Shown piece by piece: positions 51,383 to 60,449 of a stretch of 64,000 nucleotides of DNA. Every line of letters begins with the position of its first letter. Position 1 is the first letter of the stretch. The notes beneath the pieces were generated by a model. It was not told where the DNA came from. It worked only from the letters and a program-made list of their open reading frames with translations, and ran no database searches. The position numbers were made by a program, and so were the translations under genes. Source of the stretch: an uncultured Gemmatimonadales bacterium (GTDB lineage Bacteria; Gemmatimonadota; Gemmatimonadetes; Gemmatimonadales; Gemmatimonadaceae); assembly GCA_963701965.1 (NCBI GenBank), contig OY969695.1:4640001-4704000 (forward strand). Direction: 5' to 3'.

Positions 51383-52550
51383 GCCAATCTTGGTCAACGT
51401 GTCCCCGACCGAGCCGCCCCACGCGAGTGGCGCAGCAACCGCACTCAGCCCCCCAGTTGATACCTGCCGCATTTGCCGGGTTGAGTTGCCACGACGTGAA
51501 TCCCGTGCCATCGCTCGGTCGCAGGTAGTTCGGCATCGGTCCACCTGGTACGTCGATGTTCGCGCGGTCCACGCCAGGTTGTTGACGGATGACCCGCAGT
51601 GCTTGCGTGACGGTCGCGCTGCTTCTGACGCCCTTCGGCACTGGAATACGAACGTAGTAGTCACCGAGTGCCCCACCGATTACCGTGCCGCCAACGGCAT
51701 CGATGGCCGCTTGACGGTCTTCCATGGACGCCGTCCGCTGGAATGTCACAAAGATCTTATCACGCGCCAACCGCCTCGATGCCGGACCCGTCAAGTACGA
51801 CGTATCACGGCCCTCCTTAATGATCGAGTCTGGCGTGGAACGTGGAGCGAGACGTGGGACCGTGAAGACATACGTGCCCTGTGCGTGTATTGTCAGACGG
51901 AGATCTGTGGCCGTCTTTGGCATCGACACCACGACGACTCGTGAAGGCGTCGTTGAACCCACGGGCAGTGCCGCAGTGTCAACGTGCACGTTGGACGGGC
52001 GACTCGGGATCGCATTGAGGGCCAGGTGCGCCCGGCTGCCGTCGGCAGTCACCGTATCGCCGTCAGTCACCCGGGGGAGCCGAAAGCGCACCGCAACTGC
52101 CTGCGTCGGGGCCAGGACGACGGCGCTATCAGACCGGAGGGACAGCGTCAGATGTCCGTGAAGGCGTAGACGACCCGGATTCCGAATGGCCACGACGAGG
52201 TTCAGTGTGCCCCAGTTTTGGCCCGCGACCCGTACGCGCATCAACACCGGAGCAATCGGCCCACAGGACACGTTACTGACGGGTGTAACGGAGGCCTTTG
52301 AATCCTTGAGTGAAATGTCAAACGTCGCACACCCGTGAACGAGTTGCGGCGGAGGTATCTCTGAATCACCGGCTGCGGGCTGTCTTGGCGCTACGAGGGG
52401 GGATAGCGCGTCGCTACATGCCACGACGCAAAGCAGTGCAACGAGCATACGCGTCCTCCGGGCCAGAAGCCCTCGCAGCGACATCCGCAGGGCGTTTCTC
52501 CGGTCGAGTGGCGTTGGAACACCGCGCACCAACGGTGGCGGCAGGCCCAC
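51383..52550 (-). pseudogene. S8 subtilase-like lipoprotein truncated just before the catalytic Asp (copy 2)
   Basis: Paralog of copy 1; frameshift in a G run near 51450; similarity ends at TKIG. Confidence 0.65.
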
Positions 52551-53176
52551 GACGATCTCGGTCCGAAGGCAGTGCTACAAGGGTGTTGTTGGGCAGACGG
52601 TAGTCAAGTACGGACGAACGTGTTGTCACGTGCCCGGTCAGGTCTGTTTCATCGTGACCCGTGGCATTGATTACGTGAAGGGGTCGCTCTTGATTCGTGC
52701 GGTCCGTGTGTTGAACGCGGATAGTCCGTGGCCAACGTACAGTGGCGCACTATACAGCGGTGCGCAGACTTAACAGACATTGCAATTCGGCAAGGTCACG
52801 CTGCGGTTCGAAGAATTCGTTCGTAAACACGGGCCTTAGCGCGGCGCCAACACGAAGCGGACGGCGGAAGGGGCCAGGCGCTGCTCGCCCAATGCCACCG
52901 CTTTGGCCACCGGTCATCCCTCCGGCCAGGTTTCACCCTTCTTCGGCATGCACACTTTGGCCGCGCCTGGTGTGCAGAGTGGGCAGATTCCTTCTGATTG
53001 GCGGTTGGTACGCGCCGCTCGAATTCGCGCGTCACGTCCGGCCAGAAGTGCGCGAGGACGATGCCTTGTCCTTGGATCGCCGGATCATTCGGGCCGGCGG
53101 CGTCTCTGACCCTGGAGCGCTCGAGGATGTAGCGACTGGGTTGGTCGAACATGGCTTGGAGGCCGTAGTCCCGGCG

Positions 53177-53854
53177 TCAAGCTTCCAACAATGTCACCTT
53201 GCCTGTGGCCAGCTCATAGTAGCCGGCGAGAACGCGGAGCGTACCGTGGGTCACATGCTCGGCGATGACCGGTGACGATTCGCGCAGCAACTTCGCTTGG
53301 ATTCTGGCATTGGCCGCGATCGTCGAGTCGAGATCGGGACCCGCTTCATTGATGGCTGGCCGCATGTATCGGTACAGCGCACTGATCTGACCGGGCGCGG
53401 CTTTACCACTGAGTGCCGCCTTGACCGCACCGCACCCTGAATGCCCGATCACCATGAGGATCGGTGTTCCAAGCACCGCCACGCCGTACTCGAGACTGGC
53501 GATCACTTCCGCGCTCGCGACGTTGCCCGCGACGCGCGCGACGAAGATGTGGCCGATGGTCTGGTCGAAGACCAGCTCCACCGGTACCCGGGAATCCGAA
53601 CAGGACAGCACGGCTGCGAATGGCTCCTGCTTCTCGACTGTATTCTGTTTCAGCACGGCGAGATCGTCCTGGAGTGATGTCAATTGCTTGGCGGCGAAGC
53701 GGCGGTTCCCCTCCAGCAGTCGTGAGAGCGCGGCGTCCGGGGAAAGTGGCGTGTGTTGAAATGACGACCACGCACCGCGCACTCCCAATCCGGCGCCAGC
53801 GATGAAGGCGGCCGCCGTGGTGAGGAACCGGCGCCGCGATTCCGCTTGATGCAT
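53177..53854 (-). CDS. Tat-exported beta-carbonic anhydrase
   Basis: SRRRFL, CSDSRVP, RVAGN, GHSGCGAV. Confidence 0.95.
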   Translation of the reverse strand: MHQAESRRRFLTTAAAFIAGAGLGVRGAWSSFQHTPLSPDAALSRLLEGNRRFAAKQLTSLQDDLAVLKQNTVEKQEPFAAVLSCSDSRVPVELVFDQTIGHIFVARVAGNVASAEVIASLEYGVAVLGTPILMVIGHSGCGAVKAALSGKAAPGQISALYRYMRPAINEAGPDLDSTIAANARIQAKLLRESSPVIAEHVTHGTLRVLAGYYELATGKVTLLEA

Positions 53855-54011
53855 TAGTAATGTCCTCCATGTCCCATTGCGCGCTTGGCGACCTCTGGTG
53901 ACCGGTCAACTCGGCCCCTGGGCCCGCTCAATTCATTCAATTGGTGACACTCGCGTCGCGTCGGGCGACGCACTAGTGGACTTTGGTCTAGCCACGCATC
54001 AGGCGCGCGGC

Positions 54012-54855
54012 TCGAGGCGGTGCTCGTGACCAACAACGCAGCGGACTTCCGGCGTCTTCGCGGTCACATCCGCGTGCGCGCCGTCCCGCCGTTTCCGGCC
54101 GGGGGTGGACGTTGAGAACGGTCATCATGCTCGTCGCGTTCATCTCCACGACTACCGGTGATCGAGTACGCGAGGCGAATCAGACGGCAAGCCATCGTGG
54201 ATGGAATTGGTTCAAGATGATGAACCTGGCGCGGGCGATTGGTCCATTGTCGACCGTTACTATTGCGATCAAGACCTGCGTCTGACCAAGCTGGCGAGAA
54301 CGATCAATGTCTTGCCAGGTGATCTATCGGTGGCGAGAGTCTACGCGATCGGCGGCGGCCAGGCGCGGCAGGTGGCGCCGACGACGGTTGAATTGAGTAC
54401 CGGAAAGCCAGCAGCGTTACCTGATGACGTTTGGCTCCCGGATGTACCGATCGTGTCGAACGCCAAGGCGTTCCCGTTCGTCGCGACCTTGCGACGCCCG
54501 TCCACGCCGATCGACGCTTGGTCGTGCGTCAAGGACAATCGAACGAAGGACCGCTCCAGCGGGTAAGCCTGGTGCCGACCACAGCCCGCGCTCCGGCAAG
54601 CTCGGCATGGCCTATGCACAGTATCCTGGCGTGAAACACGAGTTCGCGGAACTCGCCCGCGCCAAAGCGGGCGATGCGCAAGCGGTCGTTGCCAACGCGC
54701 TCGAGGGTGGCGCTGAGGCCATTCGTGCCGGTGTCACCCGTGGTCCCGGCGTCGCGCTGGCGAAGCGTGCGTCGTCGCATCTCCGAGGCCGCCGCCTACC
54801 GACTGCGAGAAGACGATCTTCTGGAGGCCCTGGAGGCTCTGGCCGCGAAGATTCG
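54012..54855 (+). repeat. Copy A' of the duplication, lacking about 134 bp (45815-45948 of copy A)
   Basis: Direct alignment by eye; ...gaatcag joined to acggcaa... Confidence 0.92.
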
Positions 54856-54955
54856 GGCAATGCCGGTGCTCGCCGTCGGAGTGGCACTCGGCATCGGCGT
54901 CGCGGCTGGCGTCGCACTCGGCCGGCGGCGTCCGTCGAAGCGCTGGCTGCGATAG
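54607..54955 (+). CDS. Small C-terminally anchored protein (ElaB/DUF883-like), frameshift near 54783
   Basis: Helical region, then PVLAVGVALGIGVAAGVALGRRR. Confidence 0.55.
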
Positions 54956-55012
54956 TTCGCGGCGGTAGCGGGCTCCCACCGCCGGGGCTGGTGCCCTGCG
55001 AATGGAGGATGG

Positions 55013-56059
55013 ATGGCAACCGTGACCGCACCGACTAAGCAAGGGGTGGCCCAAATGACGGTCGCTCAGGTCGCCACACCAGGCGCCGACTTCGAGATCG
55101 TCGAGCGCGACATTCCCGAGCCCGGACCAGGGCAGGTGCGCATTCGCGTGCAGGTCTGCGGGGTGTGCCACAGCGATTCATTCACCAAAGAGGGGTCCTG
55201 GCCCGGCATTCAATATCCGCGGGTGCCCGGACATGAAGTCGTCGGCATCATCGACGCCCTCGGCGCCGGCGTGACCGGATGGCACAAAGGCCAGCGCGCC
55301 GGCGTTGGCTGGCACGGCGGGCACGACGACACGTGTCGGGAGTGCCGGCGCGGCGATTTTACCCACTGCGTCAATCTCCAGGTGCCCGGCATCAGCTACG
55401 ACGGCGGCTACGCGCAGTACATGGTCGCTCCGGTGAGCGCGCTGGTCGCCATGCCCGACAGTCTGCGCGATGCCGAAGCGGCGCCGCTCCTCTGCGCGGG
55501 CATCACCACGTACGATGCGCTGCGGCGCAGCGCCGCGATGCCGGGCGATCTGGTCGCGGTGCAGGGCATCGGCGGGTTGGGACATCTCGCGATCCAGTTC
55601 GCCAGCAAGAGCGGCTTCCAGGTCGCGGCTATCGGACGCGGCGCGGACACGGCGTCGCTCGCGAAGACGCTCGGTGCCCAGGTGTACATCGACACCCAGG
55701 CGACCAGCGCCGCCGAAACGTTGAGGCAGATGGGTGGCGCCAAGGTCATTGTGGCGACGGCGCCGAGCGGGAAGGCGATGTCGGAGTTGGTGAACGGGCT
55801 GGGACCGAACGGTGAGCTCATCGTGATCGGTGTGTCGCCGGAGCCCATCGAGGTCACAACCGTGCAGCTCATTGTCGGGAGCAAGCGGATCAAGGGGTGG
55901 GCCGCGGGATCGCCCGCGGACGCGGAGGACACGCTGCACTTCGCCGAGTTGACGGGCGTTCGGCCCATGATCGAGACGTTCCCCCTCCACCGGGCGGCCG
56001 AGGCCTACGCCCGCATGATGAGCGGTCAGGTTCGATTCCGCGCGGTGCTCACGATGTAA
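55013..56059 (+). CDS. Zinc-dependent alcohol dehydrogenase
   Basis: GVCHSD, GHEVVG, PLLCAGIT, GIGGLGH. Confidence 0.95.
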   Translation: MATVTAPTKQGVAQMTVAQVATPGADFEIVERDIPEPGPGQVRIRVQVCGVCHSDSFTKEGSWPGIQYPRVPGHEVVGIIDALGAGVTGWHKGQRAGVGWHGGHDDTCRECRRGDFTHCVNLQVPGISYDGGYAQYMVAPVSALVAMPDSLRDAEAAPLLCAGITTYDALRRSAAMPGDLVAVQGIGGLGHLAIQFASKSGFQVAAIGRGADTASLAKTLGAQVYIDTQATSAAETLRQMGGAKVIVATAPSGKAMSELVNGLGPNGELIVIGVSPEPIEVTTVQLIVGSKRIKGWAAGSPADAEDTLHFAELTGVRPMIETFPLHRAAEAYARMMSGQVRFRAVLTM

Positions 56060-56108
56060 GCACGGGAGCGGGCTGGCGGCCCCGCTCGCAATGCGCTATT
56101 CCTGTCGC

Positions 56109-57128
56109 GTGAGCCGCGCTCGCCTCGCGCTGACCCGGTCGCAGATTCTGGATTTCAGGCAGCGCGCCAGCCTACTCGACGCGCGGGTGCCGTTAGGAGC
56201 CAAGTCGCTGCAGCGCGCGGCCTGGGCCGGATTGCAGGACTCCATGCCGCGCGCGGCGTTGCTCTCGATCCATGCCCGGGTCGACGGGGCGCGGCCGACG
56301 AGTTGGGAGCATCCGTCCCTCGTGCAGCTATGGGGGCCGCGGTTCAGTAGCTACGTCGCGGCGGCGAAGGACCTGGCCCTCTTCTCACTCGGGCGTTTGC
56401 CGGAGGACGCGCGAGGGCATGCGCGGGCGCACGAAACGGCGGCCAGGCTGCACGCGTATCTCGACGGCCGGCGCATGCCGTGCGAGGAGACGGGACGCGG
56501 CATGGGCGTCCCGCCGAATAGCCTGAGGTACGCCGCGGCGACGGGTCGCGTGCTCATGCGCTGGGACGGGGCGCGACAGCCCGTGGTGTGGACCGGGCCG
56601 GCGCCGCGGATCGATCCCCGGCAGGCGCGGCTGGAGCTGGCGAGACGCTACCTCCATATCTTCGGCCCCTCGACCGCCGCGTCGTTCAGACACTGGGCCG
56701 GGATCCGGCCCCCGGAAGCCCGGTGGGCGTTCGATGCCCTCGGCGATGCCCTCGTGCCCGTGCGGACGCCCGTCGGCGATGCGTGGATTCTCGCCGAAGA
56801 CGAAACGGCATATCGGCGGCCGGCCGCGCCTGTGGCCAACGTCCGACTGCTGCCCAGTGGCGACGCGTACTATCTGCTGTGGGGCGATGATCGCGCGCTG
56901 CTCGTGGCGGATGCCAAACGGCGCGCCGCGCTCTGGACGACTCGCGTGTGGCCGGGCGCTCTGCTCGTGCACGGGGAGATCGTCGGTGTCTGGCGTCGTG
57001 CGGCGGGGAACGTATCGATCGAGGTGTGGCGGCGTCTCACCGCGACGGAGCGCGAGGCCGCGGAAGCGGAAGCGGGCTCGCTGCCCCTGCCTGGTGTCGA
57101 CGGTCCGATCGTCGTTCGCTGGAGCTAG
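56109..57128 (+). CDS. AlkZ/YcaQ-like (HTH_42) DNA glycosylase family protein
   Basis: GLQDSMPRAALLSIHARV, RRYLHIFGP..F..WAG, RLLP..D.Y, G.W. Confidence 0.8.
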   Translation: MSRARLALTRSQILDFRQRASLLDARVPLGAKSLQRAAWAGLQDSMPRAALLSIHARVDGARPTSWEHPSLVQLWGPRFSSYVAAAKDLALFSLGRLPEDARGHARAHETAARLHAYLDGRRMPCEETGRGMGVPPNSLRYAAATGRVLMRWDGARQPVVWTGPAPRIDPRQARLELARRYLHIFGPSTAASFRHWAGIRPPEARWAFDALGDALVPVRTPVGDAWILAEDETAYRRPAAPVANVRLLPSGDAYYLLWGDDRALLVADAKRRAALWTTRVWPGALLVHGEIVGVWRRAAGNVSIEVWRRLTATEREAAEAEAGSLPLPGVDGPIVVRWS

Positions 57129-57134
57129 CAGGCG

Positions 57135-57335
57135 TCAGGTTTTCTTGGTCGGGATACGAAGGACGGTATAGACCGGACAGAAGCCCGTCAGTCCGGAGAC
57201 GAGCTGCAGGAGACCGGCCACGATGCAGACGATGCCGAGCGACCGCCCAACGGCCCCCGTGGCTCCGAGCGCGATCAGGGCAATTCCCACGAGCGCCCGG
57301 AGGACCCGGTCCCAATCGGCCATGTTCCTGCGCAT
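57135..57335 (-). CDS. DUF2892 (YgaP-like) membrane protein
   Basis: RNM..WDRVLR...GFCPVY..L.I.T; SD GGAGG. Confidence 0.9.
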   Translation of the reverse strand: MRRNMADWDRVLRALVGIALIALGATGAVGRSLGIVCIVAGLLQLVSGLTGFCPVYTVLRIPTKKT

Positions 57336-57447
57336 CTCGCCTCCCTTGATGATGTGAGGACAAGACAACAGTCGCGCCTGACGACTTGTGCGTCCCGGCA
57401 TGCAACACTAAGTCTCCCTGGACTTCACCACTCGAACCAGGGGGCTC

Positions 57448-57579
57448 GTGGCGCTCGAAAGTCAGAAGCCGACCGTCGTGCTCGTTCACGGGGCGTGGGC
57501 CGATGGATCGTGCTGGCAGGGCGTGCAGAAAGCCCCCCTCGTCAAAGAAGCGGCGAGCTCCGTGATGGCGGGTCGGTAA
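57448..57579 (+). pseudogene. Alpha/beta hydrolase remnant (N-terminus fused to a probable C-terminus)
   Basis: KPTVVLVHGAWADGSCWQGV then LVKEAASSVMAGR-stop; 43 codons. Confidence 0.7.
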
Positions 57580-57585
57580 CCGGAG

Positions 57586-58017
57586 ATGTCCGACTTTCCG
57601 ACGTACCGCGGCATTGTGCACACCTGGGAGTGCGATCACATGGGCCACATGAACGTCATGTGGTATGTCGGCAAGTTCGATGAGGCGACGTGGCAGGTCT
57701 TCACCCAGATCGGGGTCACCCCGTCGTACATGAGGGACGGAATGTTCGGCATGGCCGGCGTCCAGCAGAACCTCACGTACAAGCGCGAGCTGATGGCCGG
57801 TGACGCCGTCGAGGTCCGCAGTCACATCCTCGAAGTCCGCGAGCGCGTGATCCGGATGGTGCACACCATGCGCGAGATAGAAGGCGGCACGGTGGCGGCC
57901 CTCTGCGACTTGACGGCGGTCCATCTCGACCGGCGGTCGCACAAGGCGTGCGCGTTTCCCGACCGGGTGAGACGCACGGCCGCCGGGCTCATCACTCCGG
58001 CGGCCGAAACGACCTGA
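57586..58017 (+). CDS. Acyl-CoA thioesterase (4HBT/hotdog fold)
   Basis: WECDHMGHMNV..Y...FDEA. Confidence 0.9.
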   Translation: MSDFPTYRGIVHTWECDHMGHMNVMWYVGKFDEATWQVFTQIGVTPSYMRDGMFGMAGVQQNLTYKRELMAGDAVEVRSHILEVRERVIRMVHTMREIEGGTVAALCDLTAVHLDRRSHKACAFPDRVRRTAAGLITPAAETT

Positions 58018-58086
58018 ACCGGTCGGCCCCACGGCCGCGGATTTGCGACGGTGGACCTCGGTATCACTAGAGAGGAGCCACACACA

Positions 58087-58434
58087 ATGGAAGCGACTTG
58101 GCGACCCCATGTGAAGCACGGCGAGCTCACCGAGCAGAGCGATCTGCCGGATAGCGTGTATGCGTTTCCCAAACAACGGAAAGAGCCGCTGACGGACGCC
58201 AGCCACGTCCGTAACGCCGTGGCCCGATTCGATCAGGTCATCGACGTCTCCGACGATGATCGGGCGTTGGCGTTCGCCAACATCAAGAAGGCCGCGAAGC
58301 ACTACGGTGTCGAGATGTCGGAACAGTCGTGGCACGACCTCGGTGTCCATCCGCAAACGCATCGGAAGGAAGCGGCCGCGAAGGGCGCCGCGACGCGCGC
58401 GCGCCATCGGCAGGAAGAAGAACGTCGCGAATAG
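58087..58434 (+). CDS. DUF6582-like small protein
   Basis: DLPDSVYAFPKQRKEPLTDASHVRNAVARFDQV; SD GAGGAG. Confidence 0.8.
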   Translation: MEATWRPHVKHGELTEQSDLPDSVYAFPKQRKEPLTDASHVRNAVARFDQVIDVSDDDRALAFANIKKAAKHYGVEMSEQSWHDLGVHPQTHRKEAAAKGAATRARHRQEEERRE

Positions 58435-58444
58435 GAGCTTTTCC

Positions 58445-58714
58445 GTGACGACCCATCGGCACCTGAGCACCGAAGACCAGCACACGCTGGAAGCCATCTT
58501 CCGGCCACACGACTCGGCGACGCTCGAGTGGACGGAGATCGTGCGGCTCATCGAGGAGGTAGGCGCCGTCCACGACAAGGGGCACGGCCTCTATCAGTTC
58601 CTGGTCAACGGCGAGCACCACGAGTTCCAGCGCCCGCGCCACGATGTGCTGACCAACGCGGACGAACGGGCCGCGCTACGCGGGTTTCTGGAACGGGCGC
58701 GCATGACGCCCTAG
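58445..58714 (+). CDS. Orphan HicA-like protein
   Basis: TLEAIF....LEW.EI..L....G...VNG....F.RP.....LRGFLE.A..TP pattern; no HicB neighbour. Confidence 0.6.
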   Translation: MTTHRHLSTEDQHTLEAIFRPHDSATLEWTEIVRLIEEVGAVHDKGHGLYQFLVNGEHHEFQRPRHDVLTNADERAALRGFLERARMTP

Positions 58715-58804
58715 GCCGGCGTCGTACGCGCCGCCGCGCGAGGAAGACGAGTCGGTGGCGTGCGCCCCGCCTCGATCACGGGATTATCAGGGAGGACCGA
58801 GCCC

Positions 58805-59233
58805 ATGAAAGTTGCGGGAAAGATAGAGGTTCTATTTATCGTAGGTTTTGGTCCAATTGTTCGCGACATGGCCACCAGCCGCAAACTCTACGGCGAAGCC
58901 CTCGGCATTCATTTCAAAGAGGAGAGCGGCGGGTATCTTCACACCGAAGCCCTTCCGGGAGCAAAAACCTTCGCGTTGTGGCCTCTTTCCGAGGCGGCGC
59001 ATTCCTGCTTCGGTAGCGATGCGTGGCCTCGAGATATTCCTGTCCCACAAGCGTGGCTGGAGTTCGACGTTGACCATTTAGAAAACGCAACGGCAGATCT
59101 CGAATCGCAGGGATATCGGATTCTTGTCAAGAACCAGAAGGAGCCCTGGGGCCAAATCGTCACTCGTCTCCTCTCTCCCGAAGGATTACTGGTCGGCATC
59201 ACTTTCACTCCTGCCATGCGGAAAGGCAAATAG
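58805..59233 (+). CDS. VOC/glyoxalase family protein (lower GC)
   Basis: IVRDM..SRKLY..ALG, WLEFDV, EPWGQ.V.R..SPEG. Confidence 0.88.
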   Translation: MKVAGKIEVLFIVGFGPIVRDMATSRKLYGEALGIHFKEESGGYLHTEALPGAKTFALWPLSEAAHSCFGSDAWPRDIPVPQAWLEFDVDHLENATADLESQGYRILVKNQKEPWGQIVTRLLSPEGLLVGITFTPAMRKGK

Positions 59234-59239
59234 GGCCTG

Positions 59240-59403
59240 GTTCATGACGGCCTCGCACCGTCGGTGGCTTGTCCACGCGCGACGTCCGCGGCCGAGATGC
59301 CTTCCCGTGCCAGGCCATAGCCGACCGTCTCCTCGATGAGGCGGCGCAGCTTCTGCGTCAGCGCCACGCGGGTTTCTGGAACGGGCGCGCATGACGCCCT
59401 AGG
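59240..59403. repeat. Chimeric duplication: 59240-59373 copies 60448-60581, and 59366-59403 copies 58678-58715
   Basis: The two copied pieces overlap at the 8-mer ACGCGGGT present in both donors. Confidence 0.92.
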
Positions 59404-59612
59404 CGGCGCCGTGCGCGTCGCGGCCCCCGCAGTACGTGGCGGAAGTCGCAGCACGCAATGATGACGCACGGTGCAGTAGCGCTCTTGTATCGGCGCTGCC
59501 AGGTCGTTTAGGCTCGACAGGGCGGCCCACAGCGACGCGTACATGTGCGCCGCGACCACGACCCAAACTCGGGTGCGTGTCGACAAACCCAACAGATAGG
59601 TTTAGGTTACCA

Positions 59613-59861
59613 ATGCCGTCCATCACGGTCGGGCCATGGCGCCTCGTCGTTATTCCCGGTGATCACGATCCGAGACATGTGCACGCGCGTTACGGCAGCG
59701 ACGGTGCCTATGAAGCGGTGATCCGGCTGGAGGCCGGTGGTACAGTGACGTTGCGAGAGGCCGACCGTGGCCTGTCGCGTGCCGAGATCCGCGTCGCGCT
59801 CGCACTCGTGCTCGAACATTTCGAGGCCTTGGCGGCGCTTTGGGAGGAATACTGCCAATGA
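59613..59861 (+). CDS. DUF4160 family protein (putative toxin)
   Basis: MPSI..G.WR..I.PGDHDPRHVHARY...W.EY. Confidence 0.85.
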   Translation: MPSITVGPWRLVVIPGDHDPRHVHARYGSDGAYEAVIRLEAGGTVTLREADRGLSRAEIRVALALVLEHFEALAALWEEYCQ

Positions 59862-60352
59862 GTTCTACTGCACGTGGAGGCAAAGGAGCCGCTGCCAGGA
59901 GCGCGAACCGTTCGGTGACCATATCGGACGCCGCGATTGAGGCTGCGTATCGACGGCGCGACGAGCAAATCGCGACGGAGCCGCTCGCCGCGGACGTGCG
60001 ATACGACCGCGCTAGTGATGCCATCATCGTCCAGATGAACAACGGCGCGGCGCTGGTGGTTCCTCGACGACTGCTTCAGGGACTGCGCGGCGCAACGGTG
60101 GATGAGTTGCAGAGCAGTGTGATCGCGGGACAGGGGACCGCTATCGCCTGGCCATTGCTCGATGTCGACTTCACAGTCCTCGGTCTGCTCCGCGGCGTGT
60201 ATGGAGGTCGGCGCTGGATGTCGGAGTTGGCACGCCATGCCGGCGCGACCACGTCGGAGGCCAAGGCCGCCGCGGCACGGGTCAACGGTCGCAAAGGCGG
60301 ACGCCCTCGGCGCAAGCCGACGCCGGATCGACCATCATCGCGGAAGCGGTAG
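59858..60352 (+). CDS. DUF2442 family protein (putative antitoxin)
   Basis: LQGL.GAT..EL....G.GTAIAWP.LDVD, SEAKAAAARVNGRKGGRPR; ATGA overlap. Confidence 0.88.
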   Translation: MSSTARGGKGAAARSANRSVTISDAAIEAAYRRRDEQIATEPLAADVRYDRASDAIIVQMNNGAALVVPRRLLQGLRGATVDELQSSVIAGQGTAIAWPLLDVDFTVLGLLRGVYGGRRWMSELARHAGATTSEAKAAAARVNGRKGGRPRRKPTPDRPSSRKR

Positions 60353-60397
60353 CGGCCCTCGTCGCTCGCTTATGCGCCGGCTCCTTCGTTAGCGGCG

Positions 60398-60443
60398 TGA
60401 TCCAGCGGCTGATTTGGACGGCGCCCCGTCATTAGCTGGATCA
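60398..60443. terminator. Extended hairpin between convergent genes
   Basis: TGATCCAGC...GCTGGATCA arms with inner GACGG-cgcc-CCGTC. Confidence 0.5.
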
Positions 60444-60449
60444 GCGCGT

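Noticed and set aside
52670..53170. ORFs 52742-53275 and 52796-53152
   Set aside because: No family evidence; cannot be supported as genes.
45644..54855. Diversity-generating retroelement (TR/VR pairs) as the source of the near-repeats
   Set aside because: No reverse transcriptase; mismatches are not adenine-specific and the repeats are about 1 kb.
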